Below, piece after piece: positions 1 to 13,467 of a DNA stretch of 64,000 nucleotides. The DNA comes from Eledone cirrhosa (Eukaryota), in NCBI GenBank assembly GCA_964016885.1, contig OZ024752.1, positions 28,334,001-28,398,000 on the forward strand, read 5' to 3'. The notes beneath the pieces were generated by a model that searched no databases, had not been told where the DNA came from, and saw only the letters and a list, made by a program, of their open reading frames with translations. A program made the translations under genes and the position numbers. Position 1 is the first letter of the stretch. The number at the start of each line of letters is the position of its first letter.

Positions 1-2629
1 CTCAACAGCGTAACTAGATTAAATCGTTTTTCATCTGTCTAAGGAAGGCACTTCCTCCGCACAACACCACCAAAACTAATCAATTCATGCTTAAATTACC
101 TATAGAGCGGTGTAGTGCAGTTCAGGTGGGTGGATGTTGTCACCCCTAACGTAGAGGCATAAATGGGTATTCTCCCAGCGAAGGGTTCCGGAGGGATGTC
201 GTAGTTTGTGTTATATTAGATCAGTTAGTGTTGTGTATGTGGTATAAGGTGTGCCCCTGGTGTTTGATGCTAGATGTGGTGTTTGGTTCAAGTCCGACAT
301 TGCTATATATTGGGCTTAAAGTTTTGGAAGGAATGTCTGAAGCGGTGCTGGCAAGTTGCAAACACCTCAGATTTTTTGTTAAGTAGGTTACGGTTGGAGA
401 AGATAATGTTGTGGGTCTCTAGTATACAGAGGTTACAGAATTTATTAGGTGGTTTGTACGAAGTCGCGCTGCCTATCACTTCCCATTTGAGTGTGTATGG
501 TTTATTTTTAGTTTTTAGATAGTGTATGTAGCTAGATAGTGAGGTGGAGTTGGCTAGGCTGTGCTTTTTGAACGAGTGGATGTGCGAATTATATCTGATT
601 TTGAAGCTGTTAGAAGTGGAGCCTACATAGGTTTCTGAAGAGTTGCTAGTTGTGACGGTGCATGAGTATATGATATCCTTGGTTAGGCATTTTTTATCCA
701 AAGGGCAGGTTCTATTAGCTCTACAGTTACAATTATCCTGTGTGTTAGTCTGCTGGTTATAATGCAGTGCAGAAGTCTGGGTGGTAGCTATAGGATTTTG
801 GACATTCGGGTTGTCAACCCCGGTGTTATTTCTTATACTAGTGTTATTTCTATTGTTACTGCCGTTACTATGGTTGCTTGCTACAGAGGTATTTAGAAGG
901 TTTGGATTCTGTTGTGATTTCGTTTGTTGGAAGTAAGAATTAATTTTATTTTTATTGCTGCTAGCTATGTGGTATGCTAAGTTAGGCGTCGTAGAGTATG
1001 AGATTTTAATAGTGTTTTTGTTTAAAAGGTTGTGGTACTTGTGTCCTAGAGGGAAATGTTTATCTAGTAGTGAGAAGAAAGCCCTAGGTATGTTGGTGGA
1101 GACATTTAGGTTGAAAGGAGGGTTGAAAAATGTATTATTTCTTCTTCTATTTTTGCTTTTAGTGTTTGGTGTGTTGTTTCTTCTTACGGCACCACAGTAG
1201 TTTCCGTGGTAATATTAAACTCTATCAATATTAAACTCTATCTCTAATGGGGTATCCAATAGAATCGCTAGCCTGTCCTATGAGGCAAACATATTTAGCA
1301 AAGACTCACAATATTAAAATCAAACATTAGCTAGATCCGGCCATAATATAGAAATTGAGTTCCTACCTAAGAAAACACATAGCTACAACATCATCTCGCA
1401 CAATATGTCCATGAGGAAACCTAATAATAGGAATAGCAACCACAAGTACACCAAAGCGGAGGGTGCCACCGGAAGTAACCATTACCACGGAAACTACTGT
1501 GGTGCCGTAAGAAGAAACAACACACCAAACACTAAAAGCAAAAATAGAAGAAGAAATAATACATTTTTCAACCCTCCTTTCAACCTAAATGTCTCCACCA
1601 ACATACCTAGGGCTTTCTTCTCACTACTAGATAAAAACTTCCCTCTAGGACACAAGTACCACAACCTTTTAAACAAAGACACTATTAAAATCTCATACTC
1701 TACGACGCCTAACTTAGCATACCACATAGCTAGCAGCAATAAAAATAAAATTAATTCTTACTTCCAACAAACGAAATCACAATAGGATCCAAACCTTCTA
1801 AATACCTCTGTAGCAAGCAACCATAGTAACGGCAGTAACAATAGAAATAACACTAGTATAAGAAATAACACCGGGGTTGACAACCCGAATGTCCAAAATC
1901 CTATAGCTACCACCCAGACTTCTGCACTGCATTATAACCAGCAGACTAACACACAGGATAATTGTAACTGTAGAGCTAATAGAACCTGCCCTTTGGATAA
2001 AAAATGCCTAACCAAGGATATCATATACTCATGCACCGTCACAACTAGCAACTCTTCAGAAACCTATGTAGGCTCCACTTCTAACAGCTTCAAAATCAGA
2101 TATAATTCGCACATCCACTCGTTCAAAAAGCACAGCCTAGCCAACTCCACCTCACTATCTAGCTACATACACTATCTAAAAACTAAAAATAAACCATACA
2201 CACTCAAATGGGAAGTGATAGGCAGCGCGACTTCGTACAAACCACCTAATAAATTCTGTAACCTCTGTATACTAGAGACCCACAACATTATCTTCTCCAA
2301 CCGTAACCTACTTAACAAAAAATCTGAGGTGTTTGCAACTTGCCAGCACCGCTTCAGACATTCCTTCCAAAACTTTAAGCCCAATATATAGCAATGTCGG
2401 ACTTGAACCAAACACCACATCTAGCATCAAATACCAGGGGCACACCTTATACCACATACACAACACTAACTGATCTAATATAACACAAACTACGACATCC
2501 CTCCGGAACCCTTCGCTGGGAGAATACCCATTTATACCTCTACGTTAGGGGTGACAACATCCACCCACCTGAACTGCACTACACCGCTCTATAGGTAATT
2601 TAAGCATGAATTGATTAGTTTTGGTGGTG
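1..2629. mobile_element. Penelope-like retroelement 3' portion (RT thumb + GIY-YIG endonuclease) as a head-to-head inverted duplication; arms 65-1213 and 1481-2629
   Basis: Identical GIY-YIG peptides on opposite strands (303-701 minus, 1993-2391 plus: IIYSC...YVGST..SFKIRY..H..SF...CNLCILE...LLNKKSE...CQH); FFNPPFNLNVSTNI thumb motif; near-identical 1149-bp arms; 16-bp tandem duplication at the junction (1211-1242). Confidence 0.9.
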
Positions 2630-3204
2630 GGAAAAGTCGATTAAATCGACCCCAGTGCGTAACTGGTACTTTATTTTATCGACCACGTAAGGATGAAAGG
2701 CAAAGTTAACCTCGGCGGGATTTGAACCCATATCATAAAGGGCAGTAACTCTATGCTGCAAAGCATGGCATCCGACCCTCTACCGATACTGTCAATCCAC
2801 CGCCACCGCCCCCCTTCATGTATAATAACCGATGCATTGTATGCAAAAGGTTTTCTTAAGTACTACAGGAAACATCTGGTATATAACGACATTCTTTGAT
2901 ATTTTCACTTCAAATTCTATGAGTTGCAATCTGTTCTTTCAACAGACCATGTTCAATAAAAAGTAGGCATGCTTCGCATACTGTTCATATGGTGGTATGG
3001 TATGGAGTCGTTGGAGCGCCGTAGTGACATACGGTGTTTCTAGGGCACCTAAAGCCTGGTGATGCCCATCCCTTTCCAGGTCTAAATACAGCAAATTGCT
3101 TCCAGAGAAGGCTACTAATTGATAAAGAGTCCGAAGCTCTAACGACCGTCAATTTGCCACCGTTGTTCATATGATAGTCTGTAACATATTGCACTTGACT
3201 CATA

Positions 3205-3480
3205 ATCATGAGGCTGCGGGTTCAAATCTTCGGGTTGCGTCTTGTCCTTGAGCAAGATACTTTATTTCATACTGCTGCAGTCAACTCAGCTGACAAATAA
3301 AATGAACCGTGGCTATAAGTAAAAGAGCTGTTACTCCTTGTGCCACGCTGAATCTCCCTGAGAACTACGTTAAGTGTACCTAGGTCTATGGCACGCTCAG
3401 CTACTTACATATACATTTTACAAGCAGACTGTTCCATTTTCGAAATTCTATAAGAGTGTTCATCGGAAACGACGAATTGA
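3205..3480 (+). mobile_element. Second tRNA-derived SINE family (related copies at about 7145-7360, 10205-10485 minus, 26900-27240)
   Basis: B box ggttcaaatc followed by tgtccttgagcaagatactttatttc and actcagctg; shared ...gagaactacgttaag... tail. Confidence 0.6.
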
Positions 3481-3849
3481 CCAGCACAGACATAGGAAGA
3501 TGTACTTCCTTACTTAAACCTGTGATATAGTAATAATTTCAGAAATCTTAATCTTCATATGCGAGCCAGGTAGAATGCAGGATCAAGAAGTTTGATAACA
3601 GGCTAAAAATAATAGCCAAATCTTCATAAAACCATATTAAACCTTCTTAAAAATGATACGTTAGATATTAGTTTCTTAAATAATCCTAGATGGAACGGTC
3701 ACAGTAGGAACGCCTTTGATTTTATCGGGGTAGGTACAACAGCAATGGGTTTTGGTTCAATCTAATCGGGTTAATCATTAATTTATGAGTGGAATTTAAG
3801 TGGACGAGAACTGATTAGAAGCATGTCATATATATCTATATATATATAT

Positions 3850-4083
3850 ATAAGAGACGTAAAATAAGAAAATTATAAAATTAACTTACTTACTAAAATA
3901 TCACTTCCAGTGGAAGTGATATTTTAGTAAGTAAGTTAATTTTATAATTTTCTTATTTTACGTCTCTTATATTATTGTTCTGCAACCCCATGCATTGAAC
4001 CACAATGTTATTAAGACAAAACCTATATATTTGCTAACATTGGTATGCATCTGTATGTATATAAATGTTACTAGATATAAATT

Positions 4084-4088
<5 letters not shown>
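3850..4088. mobile_element. Fold-back fragment of the family E element
   Basis: About 60-bp inverted arms centred on G3910, continuing as sequence matching 11305-11483. Confidence 0.7.
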
Positions 4089-4147
<59 letters not shown>

Positions 4148-4204
4148 AATGGAGCAACGGAGTACCTGCGTTGTATTTCCTGTACCTTTTGCGTTTCACC
4201 TTTA

Positions 4205-4242
4205 CGAGCTGAGGATCCGCTAAGGTGAAACAATTGTTCTCG
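4205..4242 (+). ncRNA. Type I hammerhead ribozyme candidate, family A
   Basis: cgag CTGAGGA t-cc gctaa gg-t GAAA caattg TT ctcg; palindromic stem III; short stem II. Confidence 0.65.
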
Positions 4243-4274
4243 GTATGGTGAACTAATTGTTGTGTAACCGCTTC

Positions 4275-4346
<72 letters not shown>

Positions 4347-4775
4347 AACAAGTATGACCCCGACGGCTGAGCTCAACCCGTTTCGACGGCTAATTCTGGA
4401 CTAAATAAGAATTTTTAGCCTGGTAAATCAGGTATTTACCTGGTATTTACCAGGCTAAAAATTCTTATTTAGTCCAGAATTAGCAGTCGAAACGGCTTGA
4501 GCTCTGCCGTCGGGGTCATACTTGTTCCTATTACCCACTCTACTACCTTAAGTATTGAGTACTTTAGTGCTTTATGGTCCATCTGGTTCCTTACCACATT
4601 TCCTTCGTTATATATATATATATATTAAGCATATGTTGGTTGTTCGCCGATACCCTAATATGCAGATTGGAGCACTCGATGAAGTGCGCAGGTTGGTTTC
4701 TTTACTCCGGAGTAATGTAAAATAATTAAGTCAAATATGTAAAATTTGGCTTCGTTTATTATAAATTATAGATAT

Positions 4776-4830
4776 ACTGCTATATATATTTCGGTGACAG
4801 CCATCACTGGCTGTGACCTCTTCAGGCAGT
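4776..4830 (-). ncRNA. Type I hammerhead ribozyme candidate, family B
   Basis: actgc CTGAAGA ggtcacagcca gtga tggctgtcacc GAAA tatata TA gcagt, followed by AATAAA. Confidence 0.85.
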
Positions 4831-5464
4831 CCGAATTGGTGTGGGAAAGACAGGTACACATCTTGTTGAAGTGTGTTTAACCCCGTCAATACATCGATAT
4901 GTCCCGCTCCTGGTTGTGTTGTTATTCTTCTGAGGAACTGATATTAACTCCCCTTAGTCACACACACACTTCCGGAATATACAATGTCATCTCACACAAC
5001 TAATAAAACATCCTGATCTATTAATCAAAGTAAGAAACAAGATATGGTTTATAACTTGACTCTCCAGACACCCAATGCTGAATCATCGTGGATTGTGTGA
5101 TAGACCTGTAGTCTATATATTGCGTTTCATGGATTGTGTGAATGGTGATGTGTGCGAAGACAGTGGTGCTGTTTTGCCTATTTTATAATATGTTTTGTGA
5201 TATGTTTGATATTTTTGATATTTTGGTGTTTCTCTACATTCGGGATTGTATATCATACAGGTGTATGCGAAAAAATGATTTAACAATACGGCCCACATGA
5301 TAATATTGATTGCCTGCTTTACCTGCCTCATTCTACAAGTAACAATCTGCCGCACTCTAATCCTGTATAAATAAGACACGCGTGCATGCTACACGTGAGA
5401 TTGTTTCATACACTGACTACTCTAAACTTTCCTTTAGGTTTATCTTCATAAACTGCCAATGTTT

Positions 5465-5598
5465 TATTTTTAATTTTATTTTTGTTTTTATTTTTATTTT
5501 TATTTTTATTTTTATTTTTATTTTTATTTTTATTTTTATTTTTATTTTTATTTTTATTTTTATTTTTATTTTTATTTTTATTTTTATTTTTATTTTTA

Positions 5599-5629
<31 letters not shown>

Positions 5630-5825
5630 TTTATTTTTATTTTTATTTTTATTTTTATTTTTAGTTTTAGTTTTATTTTTATTTTTATTTTTATTTTTAT
5701 TTTTATTTTTATTTTTATTTTTATTTTTATTTTTATTTTTATTTTTATTTTTATTTTTATTTTTATTTTTATTTTTATTTTTATTTTTATTTTTATTTTT
5801 ATTTTTATTTTTATTTTTATTTTTA
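5465..5825. repeat. (TTTTTA)n hexanucleotide microsatellite, about 360 bp
   Basis: Direct reading. Confidence 0.95.
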
Positions 5826-5976
5826 ATCCTTTAACCTTTATATGTAAATTGCCATGCTATATCATTATGATGGATGTCAACCCATGCATATGTTTTTATG
5901 CATATGCATATGCATATGTTTTTATATGTCTCTTGTGTTGAAAAGGAGGTCAAGTATGTTATAGATCACTTAATAG

Positions 5977-6025
5977 TTGCTCCGAAGAACCCAAACCTCG
6001 GTTTGGAGGAAACAATTGTAAGCAA
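5977..6025 (+). ncRNA. Type I hammerhead ribozyme candidate, family C (U4C core variant)
   Basis: ttgct CCGAAGA ac ccaaacc tc ggtttgg ag GAAA caattg TA agcaa, with AATAAA immediately after. Confidence 0.65.
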
Positions 6026-6176
6026 ATAAATGATTTAAACTGAACTTTGATTATTGTAATCTCCCTCTCTCTATATATATATAGTAATTTAACGTTTCAC
6101 TCTCTTTCTGCTATTTCAAGCATTAAACTACTCTATTCCTTCATGTACTGTGCCGTTTGTTTTGTTTTTTTCTGTT

Positions 6177-6276
<100 letters not shown>

Positions 6277-6455
6277 CGTTTTTTCCCGTTCTTTGCCAGC
6301 GAACGTTTCCACGAACCAAAGTATCGCCTTCCTGTCTTCCTCCGGTTGCAACGTTTTTTGAAATATCCAGTTCTGCGTTTACAGATTGACTTTGTTAGTT
6401 TCAGAAGATCCCGTTAAGGGTGAAAGCAGCGATTCTTTGCTTAAACTTTAATCTA

Positions 6456-6534
<79 letters not shown>

Positions 6535-6698
6535 GATGGTTCTTCTAAGCAGTTTTCATGTGTGTATGAAAGAGTGACAGGTGTCAGAAAGAGAGAGAGA
6601 GAGAGAGAAACTTATCCTGGCATATATAGTAAAGATTTATAAAACAAAAGTTCTGAGACACTCAGTTCTCTCTCCTTTTCTCTCTCTCTCTCTATCTA

Positions 6699-6756
<58 letters not shown>

Positions 6757-8139
6757 AAATCCAATGAAACATATAAGTGCGCAACGTAATTTTCATCAGG
6801 ATTAACGAAGAGCACAGCAAACGTCTTCCGTATTTAGTTACCTCATATTAATATCTAATTTCAAATTAATTAATTTAATTGAAGTAAAAGGGGAGATTAA
6901 ATCGATGCCTCGCGTCTCCAAACTAAATGATTTACGCTTTACAAAAGATATCTATCCTTACGGGATCGATAAAATAAAGTACCAGTAATACACTGGGTTA
7001 ATTGCTGGCCTTGTGCCAAAAGTAGAAACAATTATTATTATTAGATTCATCATATAAATGTCGGAAAATATTCTCTGTGTTATTTATGTCAGTTGTTCTC
7101 GTTCTGTGTTCAAATTAAACTGAGCTCTACATTGCCTTTCATTCTTGTGTTCGATTCTTGGAGAGGGTGATGCGCTGTGTCCTTCAGCAAGACACTTTAT
7201 TTCATGTTACTCCAGTCTACTCAGCTGTAGATTTGAGTTGCAATGTCACTGGGGCCAAGATGTATCAGCCATTGCCTTTCCTTTGGACAAAATCAGTGGT
7301 GCGGATGTTTATCCAAGTGTGGCTAGCCACATATATTCTAGCCATTAGAAAAAGCTAAATGAATGCTTCACCTTTGAAAGAGGGATGACTCAAGAAGAAG
7401 AAGAAGCAAAAGAAGACTAAGATGCCTCATCGAAAAATGGCAGATTGGTAGGATAGTTTGAACGTCGAAGAAAATGTGATGTGGATCCAGTTCTTTCCTT
7501 TGAAATCTTCTCGAACGTCATCTTTACTTCTAATCCTCGGAGATTCGATATAATACATAAACAATCATGTACTGGATCGATATATTCAACTAATCTTTCC
7601 AGCGCCTATGTTTGTGGCCTTATGCCCATGTTAGAAATGACTATTAGACACATCATTACTGGCATATGGTGCAGATTCAATGGAGTTCCATTCAATTGGA
7701 CAAAATATATTGTTCAATGGTAAATGCAGAAAAAAAAAAACTTTCTCCGGTATTCAATTACGTTCACTTACCAACTGGCACCTGTCCATCACTGGTTAGT
7801 CTGTACTATTCTATTAATGAGGTGGGAGGGTATTAAAAATAGCAACAACAATACCAACAACGGCTACGTCAATAACAGTCACAACAGTAATTGGCACAGT
7901 AAAATGGTAATTATCAGAATATTCAGACTCGGCCAGACAACGAGTGTGCTTCATGGTGGTAGTACGACCTATTAGAAATCGCCACCAAATCTCCCTCAAA
8001 TAACACTATAACTATAAGTGTATATTAAATGTTTGTTTGAGGGTGGCTAGATACTACTAAATAAACAGGATTATTATGGCTGAGGTACATTGATAGTTGG
8101 TCACCTTGATCAGGGTTCACCTAGATAGATAGATATATG

Positions 8140-8200
<61 letters not shown>

Positions 8201-8254
8201 CGTTTCTGAATTTGTTTAGCAAGATTCTTTATCTGAAATCGTGTGTTGAAACCG

Positions 8255-9944
8255 ATATTGTTATACTTTGGGAGGGTCATGTTGCCAATAAGAAACACAC
8301 GCACCAGTTGCTTTCACTTCAATTTATTATATATTTATAAATTTATAAATTTCTGGTTGGTTGGTTGGTTGCACAACCAGATAGTTGTTTATATATAGTC
8401 ATAGTCCTTTCGTCACACACTCTGTGACCTCTTCAGTGACTGGGGATTCCTTTCTTTGTTTCTGTGCCTTTCCTTTGTTCTGTCCTACGCCATTTTGTTT
8501 CTGTGTGTGTGTTGTGTGCTCAGTTTGCGCATGCGCCACATCCGGGTGTCTGTGTGTGTTTATGTTCATTTATCTATTTGTTTATTTATTTATTTATTTA
8601 CATGTTATTGGTTGGTTGTTTGTTCTATGTGTGTGTGTGTTTTCATTTTGTCCTTAATTGTAATTGTAAGTTGTGATGTTGCTGTTCCACTCATATTTTC
8701 TATTTAATTTTGGTTGTAATTCTTTTATGTTTATTGCCTCTGTAATTTGTCTAAACATTGCATCTTTTCTGTGTGTAGATTCTATTTTTATTTCTATGTT
8801 CTCTAATTTACCCTTGTTTTCTATCTTAGCATGTTGGTAGAGTACAGATGATTCTTTATTATCTTGAAGGTCTCGCCAGTGTTCATTTATCCGTTCCCCT
8901 ATACTACGAGCTGTTTCACCTATGTACACTATATTTTTGTTTCTACATTGTCCTTCAGTACATCTTATGCTATACACTACATTTCTAGTTTTACAGTTAA
9001 TATGGGGGCTTATTTTACAGGTTATACATTTCTTATCTATACATGAGCGTCTTTGAAAAGGGTATGTCTTGCTAATAAGTGTTTTTACGGAGGTACCTGG
9101 TCTTTCTACTATCTTAATATTGAGTTTATGTTTATTTAGGGCCCTTCTAAATTTGTAGGCTAGTTCGCCTCTAGGGGTTGTATCGATGAACATTACACTC
9201 TGGTATTTATTGCTATCATACAATGAGTTTATTCTATTAGCCTTGTTCCTAGTTCTTTCTATTCTATTCCAAAATTTGCTCCTATACAAGGGGCAGGTCC
9301 CATTTATGTCATTATTTACCATTTTTTCCCATTTGGTTCTGGCTCCTTTATACACTCTGATTCTATCTCTCTGATTGTAGCCAGAGAACTGCATACGGTG
9401 GATGAAGTGTTGTATGTGTCTCTCTAGTTCTTCGGGGTTGCACATGCGGGACACATTTCTCATCACCCGTACCAAATCCGCAATCAGTATGTTGATTTTG
9501 GTATGGTCCGAAATGGCCGAGTTTCGGTGGATCAGATGTTTGGATGTCATGGGTTTGGCATAATGGGAATGGAGGATTTGTTTTGGGTTGTTAATGGTAT
9601 CTAACCAGAGCTTTGTGTCTAGTACAGGTAATCGATGGTTGGGGTGTCTACTTGGGTAGTCTATAGTAACTCTAATGCTCTGGTGGATGGAGTTTGCTAT
9701 TTGCTGGATGCTTTCCATTGTGTTTTTCTCTAGTTCCTGACTGTTCTCTAGTGGGGGTGTCTTAACTACGATGTTTATATCATCTACTATGACTATATAT
9801 AAACAACTATCTGGTTGTGGAACAAACCAACCAACCAGAAATTTATAAATTTATAAATTTGTAAATTTATAAATATATAATAAATTGAAGTGAGAGCAAA
9901 TGGTGCGTGTGTTTCTTATTGGCAACATGACCCTCCCAAAGTAT

Positions 9945-9950
<6 letters not shown>
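8255..9950 (-). mobile_element. 5'-truncated Penelope-like element (RT C-terminal part + GIY-YIG, ORF 8654-9718) with a 3' hammerhead and an inverted copy of its 3' end at 9786-9950
   Basis: LPVLDTKLW, YAKPMTSK..IHRNSA, CxxxxCxxC linker, NCKTRNVVYSIRC..YIGETARSIGERINEH..E..I....PKLN; 8255-8405 is the reverse complement of 9786-9950; truncated at the (Y)VDD motif. Confidence 0.9.
8397..8441 (-). ncRNA. Type I hammerhead ribozyme candidate, family D (3' of PLE ORF 8654-9718)
   Basis: agtca CTGAAGA g gtcaca gagtg tgtgac GAAA ggac TA tgact. Confidence 0.8.
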
Positions 9951-9984
<34 letters not shown>

Positions 9985-10487
9985 AATGAAGGAAATGTGG
10001 TAAGGAACCAGATGGACCATAACGCACCAAAGTACTCAATACTTAGGATAGTAGAGTGGGTAATAGGAACAAGTATGACCCCGACGGCAGAGCTCAAGCC
10101 GTTTCGACGGCTGTTTCTGGACTGAAATTTCAGTCCAGAAATAGCCGTCGAAACGGCTTGAGCTCTGCCGTCGGAGTCATACTTGTTCATATATATATAT
10201 ATATTGTTAAAGGCACTCCGTCAGTTACGACGATGAGTGTTGATCCGATCAATGGAACAGCCTGCTTGTGACCCTTAACTTAGTTCTTAGAGAGATTCGG
10301 CGTGACACAGAATGTGACAAGGCTGAAACTTTGAATTACAGGTACAATTCATTTTTACCATCTCAGTGAACTGGAGCAACGTGAACTAAAGTGTCTTGCT
10401 CAAGGACACCGCACGACCCCAGGAATCGAGCTCACGACCATACGATCATGAGCATAATTCCCTATCTACAAAGCCATGTGCCTTATA

Positions 10488-10527
<40 letters not shown>

Positions 10528-10865
10528 AAAAGTATGACCCCGACGGCAGAGCTCACGCCGTTTCGACGGCTATTTCTGGACTTTTTCCTATTTCCCACTC
10601 TACTACATTAAGTATTGAGTACTCTGGTGCGTTATGGTCCATCTGGTTCCTTACCACACTTCCTTTGTTTTATATATATATATAACGAAGGAAATGTGGT
10701 AAGGAACTAGGTGGACCATAACGCACCAAAGTACTCAATACTTAGGGTAGTAGAGTGGGTAATAGGAACGAGTAGGACCCCGACGGCTGAGCTCAAGCCG
10801 TTTCGACGGCTAATTCCGTCCAGAATAATCGTCGAAACGGCTTGAGCTCAGCCGTCGGAGTCCTA
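9985..10865. repeat. Cluster of short fold-back copies of a ~140-bp repeat carrying a hammerhead-like 3' half (also 4343-4610, 12066-12178, 33180-33320)
   Basis: Recurrent agtccagaa(a/t)tagccgtc GAAA cggc TT gagctc... in inverted pairs between (TA)n tracts. Confidence 0.65.
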
Positions 10866-11057
10866 TATATATATATATATATAAGGAATTTATATCTAGT
10901 AACATTTATATACACACAGATGCATATCAATGCTAGCAAATATATAGGTTTTGTCTTATTAACATTGTGGTTCAATGCATGGATGGGGTTGCAGAACAAT
11001 AATATGAGAGACGCAAAATAAGAAAATTATAAAATTAACTTACTTACTAAAAAAATC

Positions 11058-11140
11058 ACTTCCAACTAATTAGTTTCTGGAATGGAGTAAATATATTTTC
11101 CGAAGAAACATATTGAAAATCATTCCGTCATCAGGAAAGT
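11058..11140 (-). ncRNA. Type I hammerhead ribozyme candidate, family E (inverted copy)
   Basis: Reverse complement of 11753-11835. Confidence 0.8.
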
Positions 11141-11752
11141 CTTTTTCCGTGTAAGTCTCCAGGCATAGCGAGGACTCTGGAAACTTATTAAAAAAATAAT
11201 TCAGTGGAAAGGAAATAGCGAAGCGTGGACTGGATTCCTAGCCATTGAGAAAATCACTGCCTCTTCGGAAAATATATTTACTCCATTCCAGAAACTAATT
11301 AGTTGAAAGTGATTTTTTAGTAAGTAAGTTAATTTTATAATTTTCTTATTTTACGTCTCTCATATTATTGTTCTGCAACCCCATGCATTGAACCACAATG
11401 TTAATAAGACAAAACCTATATATTTGCTAGCATTGATATGCATCTGTGTGTATATAAATGTTACTAGATATAAATTCCTTATAATTATCTCCAATTCATT
11501 TGTCGAGCAATATTTGGCCCTGACTGCTACTATGGTAGTAGGCTGGCCGCTGTCTTATTAACCATTCGCTTTCCACTGATTGACCTCGATGTCACGTGAT
11601 TGATTCTTTTTGAATTTGCCACAGACGAAGAGGCAGTGATTTTCTCAATGGCTAGGAATCCAGTCCACGCTTCGCTATTTCCTTTCCACTGAATTATTTT
11701 TTTAATAAGTTTCCAGAGTCCTCGCTATGCCTGGAGACTTACACGGAAAAAG

Positions 11753-11835
11753 ACTTTCCTGATGACGGAATGATTTTCAATATGTTTCTTCGGAAAATAT
11801 ATTTACTCCATTCCAGAAACTAATTAGTTGGAAGT
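11753..11835 (+). ncRNA. Type I hammerhead ribozyme candidate, family E
   Basis: actttc CTGATGA c ggaatg [long loop] cattcc a GAAA ctaattag TT ggaagt; palindromic stem III. Confidence 0.8.
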
Positions 11836-11881
11836 GATTTTTTTAGTAAGTAAGTTAATTTTATAATTTTCTTATTTTACG

Positions 11882-11984
<103 letters not shown>

Positions 11985-12029
11985 CATAATAGCAATAATA
12001 AAAAGGACGATTTGTTATGTCTTCATTAC

Positions 12030-12068
<39 letters not shown>

Positions 12069-12174
12069 AACGAGTAGAACCCCGACGGCTGAGCTCAAGC
12101 CATTTCGACGGCTAATTCTGGACGGAATTAGCCGTCGAAACGGCTTGAGCTCAGCCGTCGCGGTCCTACTCGTT

Positions 12175-12233
<59 letters not shown>

Positions 12234-12276
12234 ATGTAATGAAGACATAACAAATCGTCCTTTTTATTATTGTTAT

Positions 12277-12314
<38 letters not shown>

Positions 12315-12364
12315 TATATGTGTGTGTGTGTGAGAAAAACCACAAACCCTCCATCTCAATTCTA

Positions 12365-12400
12365 CTTTTGAAAAGCATAAGAACTGCGAAACCGGTAAAG
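12365..12400 (+). ncRNA. Hammerhead-like motif, family F, with U3-A8 core covariation
   Basis: ctt TTGAAAA gca taagaac tgc GAAA ccgg TA aag; related degenerate copy at 31352-31387 (minus). Confidence 0.5.
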
Positions 12401-12515
12401 GAACCAAATAAATATTTTAAAAAGACCCCAGTTGCATTTTCGATTTCATCTTTTTTCCTTATTCTTTCACTCGTCTAGGACATTTCGTTTTTTTTCATTT
12501 TGTAAAACCTCATTT

Positions 12516-13467
<952 letters not shown>

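Noticed and set aside
274-522. ORFs antisense to the PLE and LINE coding regions (e.g. 274-522, 955-1200, 14875-15171, 38099-38728)
   Set aside because: They are shadows of the real opposite-strand transposon frames.
6400-6445. CAGAAGA tccc...gggt GAAA motif (related piece at about 22145-22178)
   Set aside because: The core is mutated and no stem I or III pairing is evident.
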